A stretch of DNA of 30,360 bases from a virus (taxonomy: Duplodnaviria > Caudoviricetes): the IMG/VR virus record IMGVR_UViG_3300032084_002908, positions 1 to 30,360 of that record. One strand, 5' to 3'. The translations under genes and the position numbers were made by a program. Below, one piece after another: positions 18,747-28,076 of this stretch; the stretch's first letter is position 1; each line of letters starts with the position of its first letter. The notes under the pieces were generated by a model. It ran no database searches. It saw only the letters and a list, made by a program, of their open reading frames with translations, and had not been told where the DNA came from.

Positions 18747-20345
18747 TTACTTGACAAGCCAAGAAAATTCTTCTAAATCGTCCTCAGATCTACGAGATGA
18801 AGCGTAAGCATCGGCCGGCATCGGAATCATCGGATTGGCACCATTGTAATGTTTGATTGGCTTGAGCTGGTTTTTAGGCTGGGAGTTAACTCCAAATCCA
18901 GCAAGCATTGCCTTGGCCATATCAACATTTTTTGAAGCATGAACTCCACCGGCCTCTACTAGTGAATTGCCAATGGCCAATGCCATGACCAGATCATCAT
19001 ACGTGCCTTTCTTTGCCTGCGCCTTGTTACCTTTCCAAACAAAAGTCTTTAGTTCCTCTACGAGCCGTCCAGACCTCACCTTTAGCGTTCTATTTCGAAG
19101 CCTTTCTTCTAACAATGTAAGGATAGGCCCTCTAGTAGCTGCATTGGTCTGGAATCCTATCTTGCCAATCGATGCCGACGGATCAGAACCGTAGAGAATG
19201 TTGAACTTATCTTTTGCCGATTTGAAATAAAGATTTTTGTAGCCTAGCTCAACTAGTTTCAAGATTGTGGTATAACCAAAAGTGTTATTTTCAGGACAAA
19301 CTAAGGCATCATTAAATCTTCTACCAGCTTCGGCTAACAGCACACCGAACTGATCTGGTGGTATCCTGCCTCTAAACTCAGCAATCTGTTCACAGGTCTT
19401 TCGATCAATCACTTGGAAGGTAGAATAGTCTCCGCCGTCGCCTCTTGCTACGTCTGCAGAGATGACGTACTCATCTTCTTTGCCTGGGTATTTCCACTGC
19501 CAAACACCGCCATCCGGACCCCACTTTTCGATGGGAGTCTCAATTTGCATGCGCAGCATTTCCACGATTTCGGAAGCAACGAAAGTGTCACCAGAAGCTG
19601 AAAAGTCGCATAGGAGCTCTTGCGCAACTTGTTTTTTGGACATGTTTCGACATTCTTTGTCGAACCAAGCCTGGTCTCTTTCTGGGTGGACAAACCATGG
19701 CAGCTCAATGTAATTGAAATCGTTCTTGCCGGCTTTGGCTTCCTCTGCCAATTTGTGGTACATGCCACCGATGCCATTTGGTGTACTAATAATTGCAGCA
19801 CGACCACCAGTCGACAGAGTAGAATACAAACCCATCCAAAGTTCATCAAAATTTCGAATGAATGCAGCCTCATCGATGATTAGCATCGATAGAGCTTCGG
19901 AACGACCTGCATCTTCAGAAGTCGGGACGGCTTTGATCTGTGAACCGTTGGTGAAAGCGACGTGCGTCTTTGTTCTTTCGCGAATTGATGGCATCACAAG
20001 CCACTTTGGCAATGCATCCAAAGCAACTTTTACTTTTCTAATGAAGTTCTGTGCAACTGCTAACTTGGTTGCAATGACTAGAATATTCTTATCACGATAA
20101 AATATAGCTAACCAGACTGCATAGATAGCCGATACTGTCGACAGACCTAACTGCCTAGACTTTACTATGATATTGAATCTATGTTCGATATAAGCTCGAA
20201 CACAATCATCTTGAAAGTCGTAAGTGTTGAAAGGTATTGTGCCGCGAGTCGGGTGCTGGATCTTAGCGTATTTGTTGATAAAATAAACTGGATCCTTGCC
20301 GCACCTAACTATCTCTTTGGCTTGTGAGGATGTGGGACCTGCCAT
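18747..20345 (-). CDS. terL: Terminase large subunit (T4 gp17-like)
   Basis: RCGKDPVYF, Walker A KSRQLGLST, Walker B LIIDEAAF, coupling motif ISTPNG, nuclease motifs ISADVARG and DDLVMALA. Confidence 0.97.
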   Translation of the reverse strand: MAGPTSSQAKEIVRCGKDPVYFINKYAKIQHPTRGTIPFNTYDFQDDCVRAYIEHRFNIIVKSRQLGLSTVSAIYAVWLAIFYRDKNILVIATKLAVAQNFIRKVKVALDALPKWLVMPSIRERTKTHVAFTNGSQIKAVPTSEDAGRSEALSMLIIDEAAFIRNFDELWMGLYSTLSTGGRAAIISTPNGIGGMYHKLAEEAKAGKNDFNYIELPWFVHPERDQAWFDKECRNMSKKQVAQELLCDFSASGDTFVASEIVEMLRMQIETPIEKWGPDGGVWQWKYPGKEDEYVISADVARGDGGDYSTFQVIDRKTCEQIAEFRGRIPPDQFGVLLAEAGRRFNDALVCPENNTFGYTTILKLVELGYKNLYFKSAKDKFNILYGSDPSASIGKIGFQTNAATRGPILTLLEERLRNRTLKVRSGRLVEELKTFVWKGNKAQAKKGTYDDLVMALAIGNSLVEAGGVHASKNVDMAKAMLAGFGVNSQPKNQLKPIKHYNGANPMIPMPADAYASSRRSEDDLEEFSWLVK

Positions 20346-20346
20346 T

Positions 20347-20721
20347 TTATCCCACTGTCAGGGTATGATTCATCCTGTAGTATGCAATCTGACGTGGTGA
20401 GTTCGATGTAGACTGGATCAACTCAACGTTGTCTGCGTGTGCAGTCATTTCAGTTGTAAGCGTAGAACCAGAAGCTTCTCTAAAGTCACTCTTCAGATTG
20501 GCCAAAAATTTATCTAGTCTACTGCGAGCCTCTTCGGAACATTTGACAACCTGATCTCGCAGACCCCTGTCTGAAACAAAGTAAACCAATGTAGTGTACT
20601 TCAGAGTGATAGTATCACCGGCCATGTCACACTTGATCGAATAATCGCCTGCTGGAGACGAAGATTTTCCATATGTGGTATTAATCAAATTGCCTAAAAT
20701 GTTGACTTCATCAAACGTCAT
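20347..20721 (-). CDS. Hypothetical protein (about 124 aa)
   Basis: AAGGTG RBS before ATG 20721; the stop abuts the terL start. Confidence 0.75.
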   Translation of the reverse strand: MTFDEVNILGNLINTTYGKSSSPAGDYSIKCDMAGDTITLKYTTLVYFVSDRGLRDQVVKCSEEARSRLDKFLANLKSDFREASGSTLTTEMTAHADNVELIQSTSNSPRQIAYYRMNHTLTVG

Positions 20722-20977
20722 TTTTATCACCTTTTAGATCGGGACGCCATCCCTCATCATCCCAGAGTTCAGCGTTCGGATAGTAGTAAGTATCTACGCA
20801 TTCAGCACACGCACCCCTGTCAAAAAAATTCTTTAGATCTACATCGTCTCTGAATACACTTTCGCAAACTGGGCAACTATGGGCCGGCTCGTAAGCCTCT
20901 ACGACGACTCGATAGCTACCCTTATAAGAAGGTGACTTTCGAGTCGTGCCTATTGTCTGTTGAAATTTCGATGACAT
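20711..20977 (-). CDS. Small putative zinc-binding protein (CPVC...CAEC, GWRP)
   Basis: Two CxxC pairs fill the gap between the Mre11-Rad50 gene and the next gene. The only in-frame starts (ATG 20977, TTG 20983) lie inside the upstream gene, so the start is uncertain. Confidence 0.65.
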   Translation of the reverse strand: MSSKFQQTIGTTRKSPSYKGSYRVVVEAYEPAHSCPVCESVFRDDVDLKNFFDRGACAECVDTYYYPNAELWDDEGWRPDLKGDKNDV

Positions 20978-23900
20978 TATCAACTACATCTTTCACTGTA
21001 TCTACGTGCGAAATGATAATAATAGATCTGAATGTTTTTGTTAAGCTTCTGAGCAAAGACGTGCATGCTTCAATGTTGGAAGCATCAAGAGCACCAAAGC
21101 CTTCGTCGATGATGAGAGTGTCTGATTTAGGCAAACTAGAAACTCTTATTAGTGCAGTTCGTATTGCCAAAGATGCCATCATTTTTTCCATACCACTACA
21201 GACTTCTATAACTCGCCGAGAATCTCCGTAGTCAAGAATAATGTCCATTCCTTTGTCATCTGATTCTAGCTCGACAGTAAAACCGGTCACGCCAGTTAGA
21301 ATATTGGCAATCTCGTGATTGATTATAGGCAATTTCTTCTTGACAATCTGTAGTGGAATTCCATCTCTGCCCAGGGATTTGTGAAGCAAATTGATGGCAT
21401 TATGGTGGAAATTATTTTCCTCATACGACTTTTTGTCTTTGCCTAACTGTTCTACTTCGGCAGTTAGAAGCCCAATCTTTTCTGACAAAAATTGCACTTT
21501 TTTCTGGGCTTCTTGGAGCTTTTGCTCTGCTTTCTTTCTTTTTTCAATCAAGGTTTTGCGCTGCTCAGCTGTTTCTTCATCACACATGTTCATTTTCATG
21601 GTGTCCAGGAGAGCCTGAGCTTCTGATTTTCTATTTTCCAGCTGCTTTTTCCTGGTTTCTGCCTTCAGGACTGCTAGTTCATTTTTAGCTATTTCCTGCT
21701 TGAGGTGATTAACTTTTTGATCTAGCTTAGATTTTTCTGCTAATTTTTCATCAACATTTTTAGCAACTAATTTCTTGAGCTCAGACTTAAGAGCTGAAAC
21801 ATGTTTTTTGACACTTTTGAGATTTTCTTGTTTTTCTAATAAAGAATTTTCGGCCTTTCTAGCACTGACGATGTATTTGCACATTGGAAATGTATATCCG
21901 CAAGGCACATCATTCAACCGCTTGACTTCTTTCTTGCTGGCTTTTAGTTCAGAAGTTTGCTGATCAACTTTGTTGCCGGCTATTAGAAGATTTCTTTCTG
22001 TATCGTCAATCTGAACTTTGGCTTCGCGCAAAGCTTTGTAGTCATGCTCTTGCAGCTTATCCAATACTTCGGTCAACCTAGACTCTAGAGTCTCTTTTTC
22101 GATAGAAAAAGTCTGCAAATTTCCGCTGACATCTTCTAAGCTATTGCTAATTTCTGCAACTAAATTTTCTTGATCGGCAACTTCTAGATCTGTGTACTGC
22201 TGATCACTATCACTCTTAAGGGCACTGTCGATAGCAGAGAGGATTTCGCTGATTTTAGCAATAGTTTCTTGAGCATTTTGCCTGTCAGACTTTCTTGCAA
22301 TGATCTGAGATTTTTTATCAAAGATCTGGGTGTCAAATTCTTTCTCAGGAATTTTTGCCAGTGTGGCTTTAGCAACAGAAAGTTCTGTTTTCAAGACTTT
22401 TTGCAGATTTTCTAAAATATCGAGTCGCAAAAATTTGGCCAATATTGCCTTTCTCTCAGCTGAACCTTTCTTGACAAACCGGTTAATGTCGCCTTGGCTA
22501 GCCAATGAAGTCATCAGAAAATCATCTAGAGTTCCAATGTGGCTCCGTAGAATTTTTTCTGTTTGGCGGCGCTGCTCATCAGATAAATCTCTGATTGGAG
22601 TTCCGGTATCGTCGCATTCGAATAAATTTAAATGAGTTGCTGCACTAACTTGACCTTTTCTGTTAGTCCTCTTGACTGTCTGCCTTTCTACCAACATGTT
22701 GTTGCCTTTCTTAGAAACAACCGCTCGAACTTTGCAGTGATTCTTTCTGGCATTAACAACATGGATATTTTTCATTGGACCGCGGTCGGTGCCGTTGAAT
22801 AGCGCGTAAGTCAAAGCGCCGCAAATAGAAGATTTGCCGCTCCTGTTTTTTCCAAAAATACCAGTTATTCCACTAGTAGATTCAAAATTGACTACATTGT
22901 CTTCTCCGTATCCAAAGACATTATCGAACTCAATTTTCTTAACAGACCATCTACCAGAAGCAACGTCTTCATCAATTTCAGCTTTGCCCCAAGCTTGCAT
23001 AAGTGCTCGCTGCATTCGGTCTAAAGTTTTTTGTTCTAATTCAGATTCTGAATAGTAGTCTTGCACTAATTTCCAAACCGAAACAGCATCGCTCAAAGTC
23101 TCATTGTCTTCTAGTATAGTTTCAGATATTTGGTTTGAAACTTCATCCGTCTCGCTCTTGAAGACAATTTCACTCGGAGTTGATACACTTTTAATAGCTG
23201 CTCGAATCTGGGTTCTTTCTGCCTGATTGACAGAATCCTTTACTCTAATTCTAAATCTAGATTTTTCCGGATAAGTTTCGGCTTGAGTTTGAATTGCATC
23301 GATATCATTCTCATATTCTAGAGTCACAAAAGGAAAATCATGAGCAACTGGAATATGCTTAGATTTAAAATCTTGGCCTTCTATTGCCCAAAATAAAAAC
23401 CCTTTTCCTGGAAGTTCGCCATAGTTCTGTTGAATTGTTGATCCGCAGTAAGCCATTCTAGGAGTAATAAATTGCTGTTTGTGGATATCGCCTAGCAAAA
23501 TATAATCAAAACCGTCAAAGAAGCTGACATTTACGCTGCCTTCTAAGTTCCAGTTTTCGTCCGTATGTGAACCATTAACCGGCCCATGAAAGGTAGCAAT
23601 ATTAGTCTTTCCATTCTCGGGCTTTACGCTTTCCCAGCCATCTTCATCAAAGCAACTAAAAACGCACAGGTTGTAATCTTTTGTCAGTGGATAAATGCCA
23701 GACTTTTTGTAAAGCTTGATGTTGTTATCATCGATTGCATTGACAATAGGCGTAATTGCATCTTCACGGTCTGGATTTAGGATCAAGCCGTCGTGATTGC
23801 CAAGCGTGACGTGCACTTCTGCAATTTTTGACATCTCGCGGAACCACCATGTCAAATTGCTGATAAGTTCCGGAGAAATCCCTTGCGTCTTTGAATGTAC

Positions 23901-24038
23901 GATGTCACCAGCGATGAGAATATAATCTGGCTTAAGCACACGCATTTTTTCAAATGCATCTTCAAACGACTTTCGATATTCTTCGTGTCTTGTGAGGCTG
24001 CGCCAATGCACGTCGCCGAAATGAGCAATTTTAATCAT
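20922..24038 (-). CDS. sbcD-sbcC: Mre11-Rad50 (SbcD-SbcC / gp47-gp46) fusion nuclease-ATPase
   Basis: Phosphoesterase motifs GDVH, AGDIVH, GNHD, FHG and GDIH. These are followed in the same frame by Walker A GKNRSGKSS, Q-loop SQG, coiled coil, signature CSGMEK, Walker B/D-loop IIDEGFGALD and H-loop IISH. Confidence 0.95.
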   Translation of the reverse strand: MIKIAHFGDVHWRSLTRHEEYRKSFEDAFEKMRVLKPDYILIAGDIVHSKTQGISPELISNLTWWFREMSKIAEVHVTLGNHDGLILNPDREDAITPIVNAIDDNNIKLYKKSGIYPLTKDYNLCVFSCFDEDGWESVKPENGKTNIATFHGPVNGSHTDENWNLEGSVNVSFFDGFDYILLGDIHKQQFITPRMAYCGSTIQQNYGELPGKGFLFWAIEGQDFKSKHIPVAHDFPFVTLEYENDIDAIQTQAETYPEKSRFRIRVKDSVNQAERTQIRAAIKSVSTPSEIVFKSETDEVSNQISETILEDNETLSDAVSVWKLVQDYYSESELEQKTLDRMQRALMQAWGKAEIDEDVASGRWSVKKIEFDNVFGYGEDNVVNFESTSGITGIFGKNRSGKSSICGALTYALFNGTDRGPMKNIHVVNARKNHCKVRAVVSKKGNNMLVERQTVKRTNRKGQVSAATHLNLFECDDTGTPIRDLSDEQRRQTEKILRSHIGTLDDFLMTSLASQGDINRFVKKGSAERKAILAKFLRLDILENLQKVLKTELSVAKATLAKIPEKEFDTQIFDKKSQIIARKSDRQNAQETIAKISEILSAIDSALKSDSDQQYTDLEVADQENLVAEISNSLEDVSGNLQTFSIEKETLESRLTEVLDKLQEHDYKALREAKVQIDDTERNLLIAGNKVDQQTSELKASKKEVKRLNDVPCGYTFPMCKYIVSARKAENSLLEKQENLKSVKKHVSALKSELKKLVAKNVDEKLAEKSKLDQKVNHLKQEIAKNELAVLKAETRKKQLENRKSEAQALLDTMKMNMCDEETAEQRKTLIEKRKKAEQKLQEAQKKVQFLSEKIGLLTAEVEQLGKDKKSYEENNFHHNAINLLHKSLGRDGIPLQIVKKKLPIINHEIANILTGVTGFTVELESDDKGMDIILDYGDSRRVIEVCSGMEKMMASLAIRTALIRVSSLPKSDTLIIDEGFGALDASNIEACTSLLRSLTKTFRSIIIISHVDTVKDVVDNVIEISTDNRHDSKVTFL

Positions 24039-24988
24039 AATATCGATCCACTTTTGATTGAAGAAATTTTATGTGTTATTAGAGATTCTGTAGTCCACTT
24101 CTGCGTGGTTTCTAGTGAAGCCATGGCTTCTTCTTTTTTCTTGCTACCTAGATCGCCGCCAGATATTTTCGCTTTATAAACGTCACAGCCGGCCTTGGCC
24201 AATGATCCACAAACCCTGTGAGCTTTTTGTTCAGCGTCTTCATCAAAAGCAACTATTACAGGAGTCTGATATTTGCTGAGTTTTTTATGAAGCAAAGAGC
24301 TCTTTGGCAACGTCGATCCTAGCACTGGAACTGTATTGTCCGGACATTTGATGGCATCAAACACTCCTTCCACCAAGATTACTGGCTGACGCCAGTCTAT
24401 ATCCAACTCGTTAAAGATGATGGTAGACTTTGCAACTTTGGCATTTGAATACTTGAATTTGGTATCATCTATCGATCTGGCAACATAGTAATTTAATTTT
24501 CCATCTGCATCGAAAGAAGGAAAAATAGCCTTTCTCCTAAATCTGAACTCGTTAGAAAAACAAACTCTCCATCTATAGATGTCAATATTCGACATGCCTC
24601 GGCCCTTCAAGTAAGCGACTATAGACCTAGCATCCGGATCTTTGGAATCTAATACTAACATCGCATCATCTGGCAATTTTACCGGTTCAACTACTGGCTC
24701 ATCTGAAACTTTTTGTGAAGTATTTTTGACTTCAAAAAGTTCGCAGCATTCCCTGAAATACGAAGGAGCAAATTTTCTAAACAAGTAAGAAATGTTTTTG
24801 CCTGACAGGCCGCAAACCCAACAGTGAAACCAACCGGTCTCCAAATGCACTATAAGCTTATATTTGTCTCGTCGCCCGTCATTACACTTTGGACAGTGAA
24901 GCGACATGTCTTTTTCAGATGCATCGACATGACCTTCGCCAAATGCGTTACGTAAAAGCTGCTTTCTTTTTGATTTTGTAAAATGCAC
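24035..24988 (-). CDS. dnaG: DnaG-type DNA primase (zinc finger plus TOPRIM)
   Basis: CPKC...HCWVC zinc-binding domain, YLKGRG, IFPSFD...YYVAR, TOPRIM VEGVFD and AFDED. GTG start overlaps the upstream TAG. Confidence 0.9.
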   Translation of the reverse strand: MHFTKSKRKQLLRNAFGEGHVDASEKDMSLHCPKCNDGRRDKYKLIVHLETGWFHCWVCGLSGKNISYLFRKFAPSYFRECCELFEVKNTSQKVSDEPVVEPVKLPDDAMLVLDSKDPDARSIVAYLKGRGMSNIDIYRWRVCFSNEFRFRRKAIFPSFDADGKLNYYVARSIDDTKFKYSNAKVAKSTIIFNELDIDWRQPVILVEGVFDAIKCPDNTVPVLGSTLPKSSLLHKKLSKYQTPVIVAFDEDAEQKAHRVCGSLAKAGCDVYKAKISGGDLGSKKKEEAMASLETTQKWTTESLITHKISSIKSGSIL

Positions 24989-25584
24989 TATGCATTATTT
25001 GCATCAAGCATGTCATTTTTCAAATTTTTAGCTCCCCAAAAAGCAACAACGAAAGCATCAGCGATATCGTAGCAAAAAACTTCATCTCGAACCTCGCCTT
25101 TTGACGGACCACTTTTCAAAGTTTTTTTAGGCCAATCGAAACTCTCCATTTCGGCATGTTCCTTAACCCATTTGAGAACTTGATCTTTCGTGTTGACTGG
25201 GGATTTTTTGATCAACTTGAGACCTATTTGCTTTCTAGAAGACACGACGTTTGCAGCATAGAGAGGAACGCCGATTTCGGATCTAGCAATATAGCTGACT
25301 ATACCGTTGAATCGGTTTAATTTCGCTATTGTGCCGGCAGATGACATGTTTCTTCTGAAAGCCTGTAAAGATTCTTCGATGACTATTGCATCGACTTCCA
25401 CGCCAATTTTTGAAACAAATTCAATTAGACTAGATCGAAACAATTCAGCTTTAGCAAATAACCCTTTCGTTTTAGAAAGCTGTAAACCAATTGCTCCTAG
25501 AAGCTTTTTGCCAAGAGGTGCTTCTGAGTCGATGGCGCATATGCCAATGTTTGAAGTTGAAATATCCAGGCCGATAATAATCAA
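24988..25584 (-). CDS. ruvC: RuvC-like Holliday junction resolvase
   Basis: RNase H-fold acidic motifs IIGLDISTSNIG, IVIEE and DIADAFVVA; TTGA start/stop overlap with the upstream gene. Confidence 0.85.
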   Translation of the reverse strand: MIIIGLDISTSNIGICAIDSEAPLGKKLLGAIGLQLSKTKGLFAKAELFRSSLIEFVSKIGVEVDAIVIEESLQAFRRNMSSAGTIAKLNRFNGIVSYIARSEIGVPLYAANVVSSRKQIGLKLIKKSPVNTKDQVLKWVKEHAEMESFDWPKKTLKSGPSKGEVRDEVFCYDIADAFVVAFWGAKNLKNDMLDANNA

Positions 25585-28076
25585 AAATCCATCCTAAGCT
25601 TAATTGTAAATCTATCGCCGTCTCTCTTGACTACAGGCTGCGCCAGATTTGCTCGAGCAATGACGTTTAGATTATCATCATGAAGCTGTAAACCAGTAAG
25701 GTAAACAAAATCCGATGCAGTTTCGCTAGGACTATCGGTTGGTATCATCTTCCGGTAGGTCGGATTGGATGAAGAGTTGATTAGCCCTTTATCTGCTAGA
25801 ACGCTAACTTCCAAAACGTGGATATTTCTTTGACCTTCAAAACTCAATTCCCATGCATCTGAGCCGAACAGAGGAAGATTAGGTGATTTAACAACCAAAA
25901 TTCCTTCCTCATAGATAACATTACCCACAGATGCCCAGGTTGCGTGTGAGCCATTAGAATCTGCACGGTATAGGTTACCATAGCCGTCGTCTTTCAGGGT
26001 GATCTGAACCCTACCAGACGTGCCTGTCACTGCTAGATCGGATAGCACAATCGATCCTGGCTTTATTTGGTCTCCATAGAACATGTTTGAGACATCAAAA
26101 AAGACAACTTCGTTAGACGAAGGATCTTGCGTACGCTGAAGAATAGATAAGATGTTTCCTGGTGAAACGCCAGGATCCTCCGGCGTTGCGCCAAAAAGAG
26201 GAGCCAATATTGAGCCAGAGGAATTTCCAGAAAGCACATCTTGAGGATCTGTTACTTTCAGCAAACTGCCTGTCGAAACCATTTCTTTCAAATCTATTCT
26301 AGACAGATCTAAAGCGCCGAAATCGTCTTTGTAGCGATCTAAAAGAGTGCCAGAAGCAGCATTTGTTAGAGAGCCAGTCAGCAACATTTGAAAGTTAGGA
26401 TAAAACTTTCCATTGTCGCAAGGCAAAATCGAAATGTTTCTTTTTCTATTGCTGCCAGATTCATAGATCCAGTAGTTTGCGCTTTGAGCTGTCGAGGTTG
26501 TTCCTTCTACCCTGGAAGCCTCAAGCCCCAAAGGTCTAGGATAAAATCCGCGAACAAATTCTCTGGTAAAGTTTTGCAAATTTAGCTCATGACCGCCGAC
26601 GCCAAATGACATCGCAACATTGAAAGGATCTTCTGTGGTTCCAGTTGCATAGAAAAATGGAGTCTGATTAATGTACCTAGTTGGTGATTCTTTCGTAAAA
26701 AATGGCGGTAAATAAAACAGTAAACCTTCTTCGGCAGAAGATCCGGATCTCAACGTGTTTGACCCAGTAACGCCGGCTCTTCTGAAGTTTGGATCAAAAC
26801 CAAATCCATTGGTCGAAGTAGCAAGAATTTGCTGGTTAGATCGATATGTGTTGAATATCTTAAGATCGTGAACTTCAGCATTTAACGGATGGTTTAGTGA
26901 ATAATCTGTAGGGTCACTCAGGCTGGCATTAGGAACAAAATCAATAACACCATACTCAATTGCTGCTTGTGAATTAAAAAATCCAGCAATGGGCTGCGTA
27001 GCAAAATTACTGCCTTCGTAGAAGTTTCCAACGAATAGTGCATCTGAATCGTGGTAATTTGGAGCTGTCTGAATTGGTGCCATTACCGAAGCAGAAGTAA
27101 TGACGAAATCTGAAATCTCAGAACCATCAATAACAAAAGACCCAGTTCCGTTTTGGATATCAGTACCACCCCATCGAATAGCTACATGGTGCCATGTATT
27201 TCTTTTTAAACTGTTATCTGGTGATATGAATAAGAATCCAGCATCTGCTGATGCCCCAGGTGCTGTAACTGCGTCACCAGAAATATTGATGCTACTAGGA
27301 GGTATCTCAGCACTCTGACTAAGCTGCAGCAATAATCTATATCCGTCTACCTTTCCATCCGGTGCTATAGATGTACCGGTAACCAAGCTGATGGCATAGC
27401 AAGATGACATGTGCAGGATCGTGCCAGCTCCAAATTCATCGCCAACATTTTCTTGTGTATATCTTGGATTTATATAAAAATCAAAAGTAAAACTTGAACT
27501 AGGAGCATAAAAGTTTGTGTCTTCTAGTGCTACCGAGCCGGTACCAGCAGGATAAATGAGAGCAGAACTTGTAGGCAACGAAGAACAAGTGACGAAATTC
27601 AAACTGTGATAATTCGTATAAGAATACTGCAGAGACGGATACATGTGCCTGTAGTATGGGAACAGGCTTTCCTTAACTGCACGCTTTCTTTGGAAATCTG
27701 GGTTCAATCTAGCGCCAGGCTCAAAGCGCAACACACTCTGCCTTTTCGAAAACATCGAAGAAGAAGGTAGAGTGTTGACTTTGTCTAGATAGCCAGATGC
27801 TGCTCCATAAAAGTCTGTTCCTTGCTTTGAAGCCTCGATTGCAGTTGCTCTCAGGTTTTCTATCTGTTCATCGTTTGACGCTGAAGCATTGATAGAAACA
27901 TCGGCGAACACGTCTTTCATGGCTGACGTGCCATCTGCAAAAAGAGGTAAAGTCCCAGTTATACCAGCTGGGACTATGTCACTAACATTTGAAGAAGCAG
28001 ATGAAAATGTTCTCCTAGGATTAGCGAGTAGTGTGTACCTCTCGATGTTGTTCGGACTGATCTTTATGATCGACAT
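25581..28076 (-). CDS. Virion structural protein (baseplate/tail) with LamG/concanavalin-like domain and tail-collar-like C-terminus
   Basis: LamG-like FTFDFYINP, TWHHVAIRW, LFVGN and EVHDLKIFN. The C-terminus TGLQLHDDNLNVIARANLAQPVVK...IKLRMDF is shared with the upstream gene. Confidence 0.72.
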   Translation of the reverse strand: MSIIKISPNNIERYTLLANPRRTFSSASSNVSDIVPAGITGTLPLFADGTSAMKDVFADVSINASASNDEQIENLRATAIEASKQGTDFYGAASGYLDKVNTLPSSSMFSKRQSVLRFEPGARLNPDFQRKRAVKESLFPYYRHMYPSLQYSYTNYHSLNFVTCSSLPTSSALIYPAGTGSVALEDTNFYAPSSSFTFDFYINPRYTQENVGDEFGAGTILHMSSCYAISLVTGTSIAPDGKVDGYRLLLQLSQSAEIPPSSINISGDAVTAPGASADAGFLFISPDNSLKRNTWHHVAIRWGGTDIQNGTGSFVIDGSEISDFVITSASVMAPIQTAPNYHDSDALFVGNFYEGSNFATQPIAGFFNSQAAIEYGVIDFVPNASLSDPTDYSLNHPLNAEVHDLKIFNTYRSNQQILATSTNGFGFDPNFRRAGVTGSNTLRSGSSAEEGLLFYLPPFFTKESPTRYINQTPFFYATGTTEDPFNVAMSFGVGGHELNLQNFTREFVRGFYPRPLGLEASRVEGTTSTAQSANYWIYESGSNRKRNISILPCDNGKFYPNFQMLLTGSLTNAASGTLLDRYKDDFGALDLSRIDLKEMVSTGSLLKVTDPQDVLSGNSSGSILAPLFGATPEDPGVSPGNILSILQRTQDPSSNEVVFFDVSNMFYGDQIKPGSIVLSDLAVTGTSGRVQITLKDDGYGNLYRADSNGSHATWASVGNVIYEEGILVVKSPNLPLFGSDAWELSFEGQRNIHVLEVSVLADKGLINSSSNPTYRKMIPTDSPSETASDFVYLTGLQLHDDNLNVIARANLAQPVVKRDGDRFTIKLRMDF

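Noticed and set aside
18723-18756. Perfect TATAAT (minus strand) upstream of the portal gene and TTGACA (plus strand)
   Set aside because: The minus-strand TTGTCA is 23 nt from TATAAT, which is too far. The plus-strand TTGACA has only a poor -10 element and points antisense.
15363-20345. Introns, inteins or homing endonucleases in terminase, portal or protease
   Set aside because: The ORFs are uninterrupted with normal motif spacing, and I saw no LAGLIDADG, HNH or intein splice motifs.
1726-24038. Sheath 1 and the Mre11-Rad50 fusion are both exactly 1038 aa
   Set aside because: There is no sequence similarity; coincidence.
24988-25584. RuvC domain as a TnpB/Cas12-like effector
   Set aside because: Only 198 aa with a contiguous resolvase-type motif layout; no array, ncRNA gap or transposon ends nearby.
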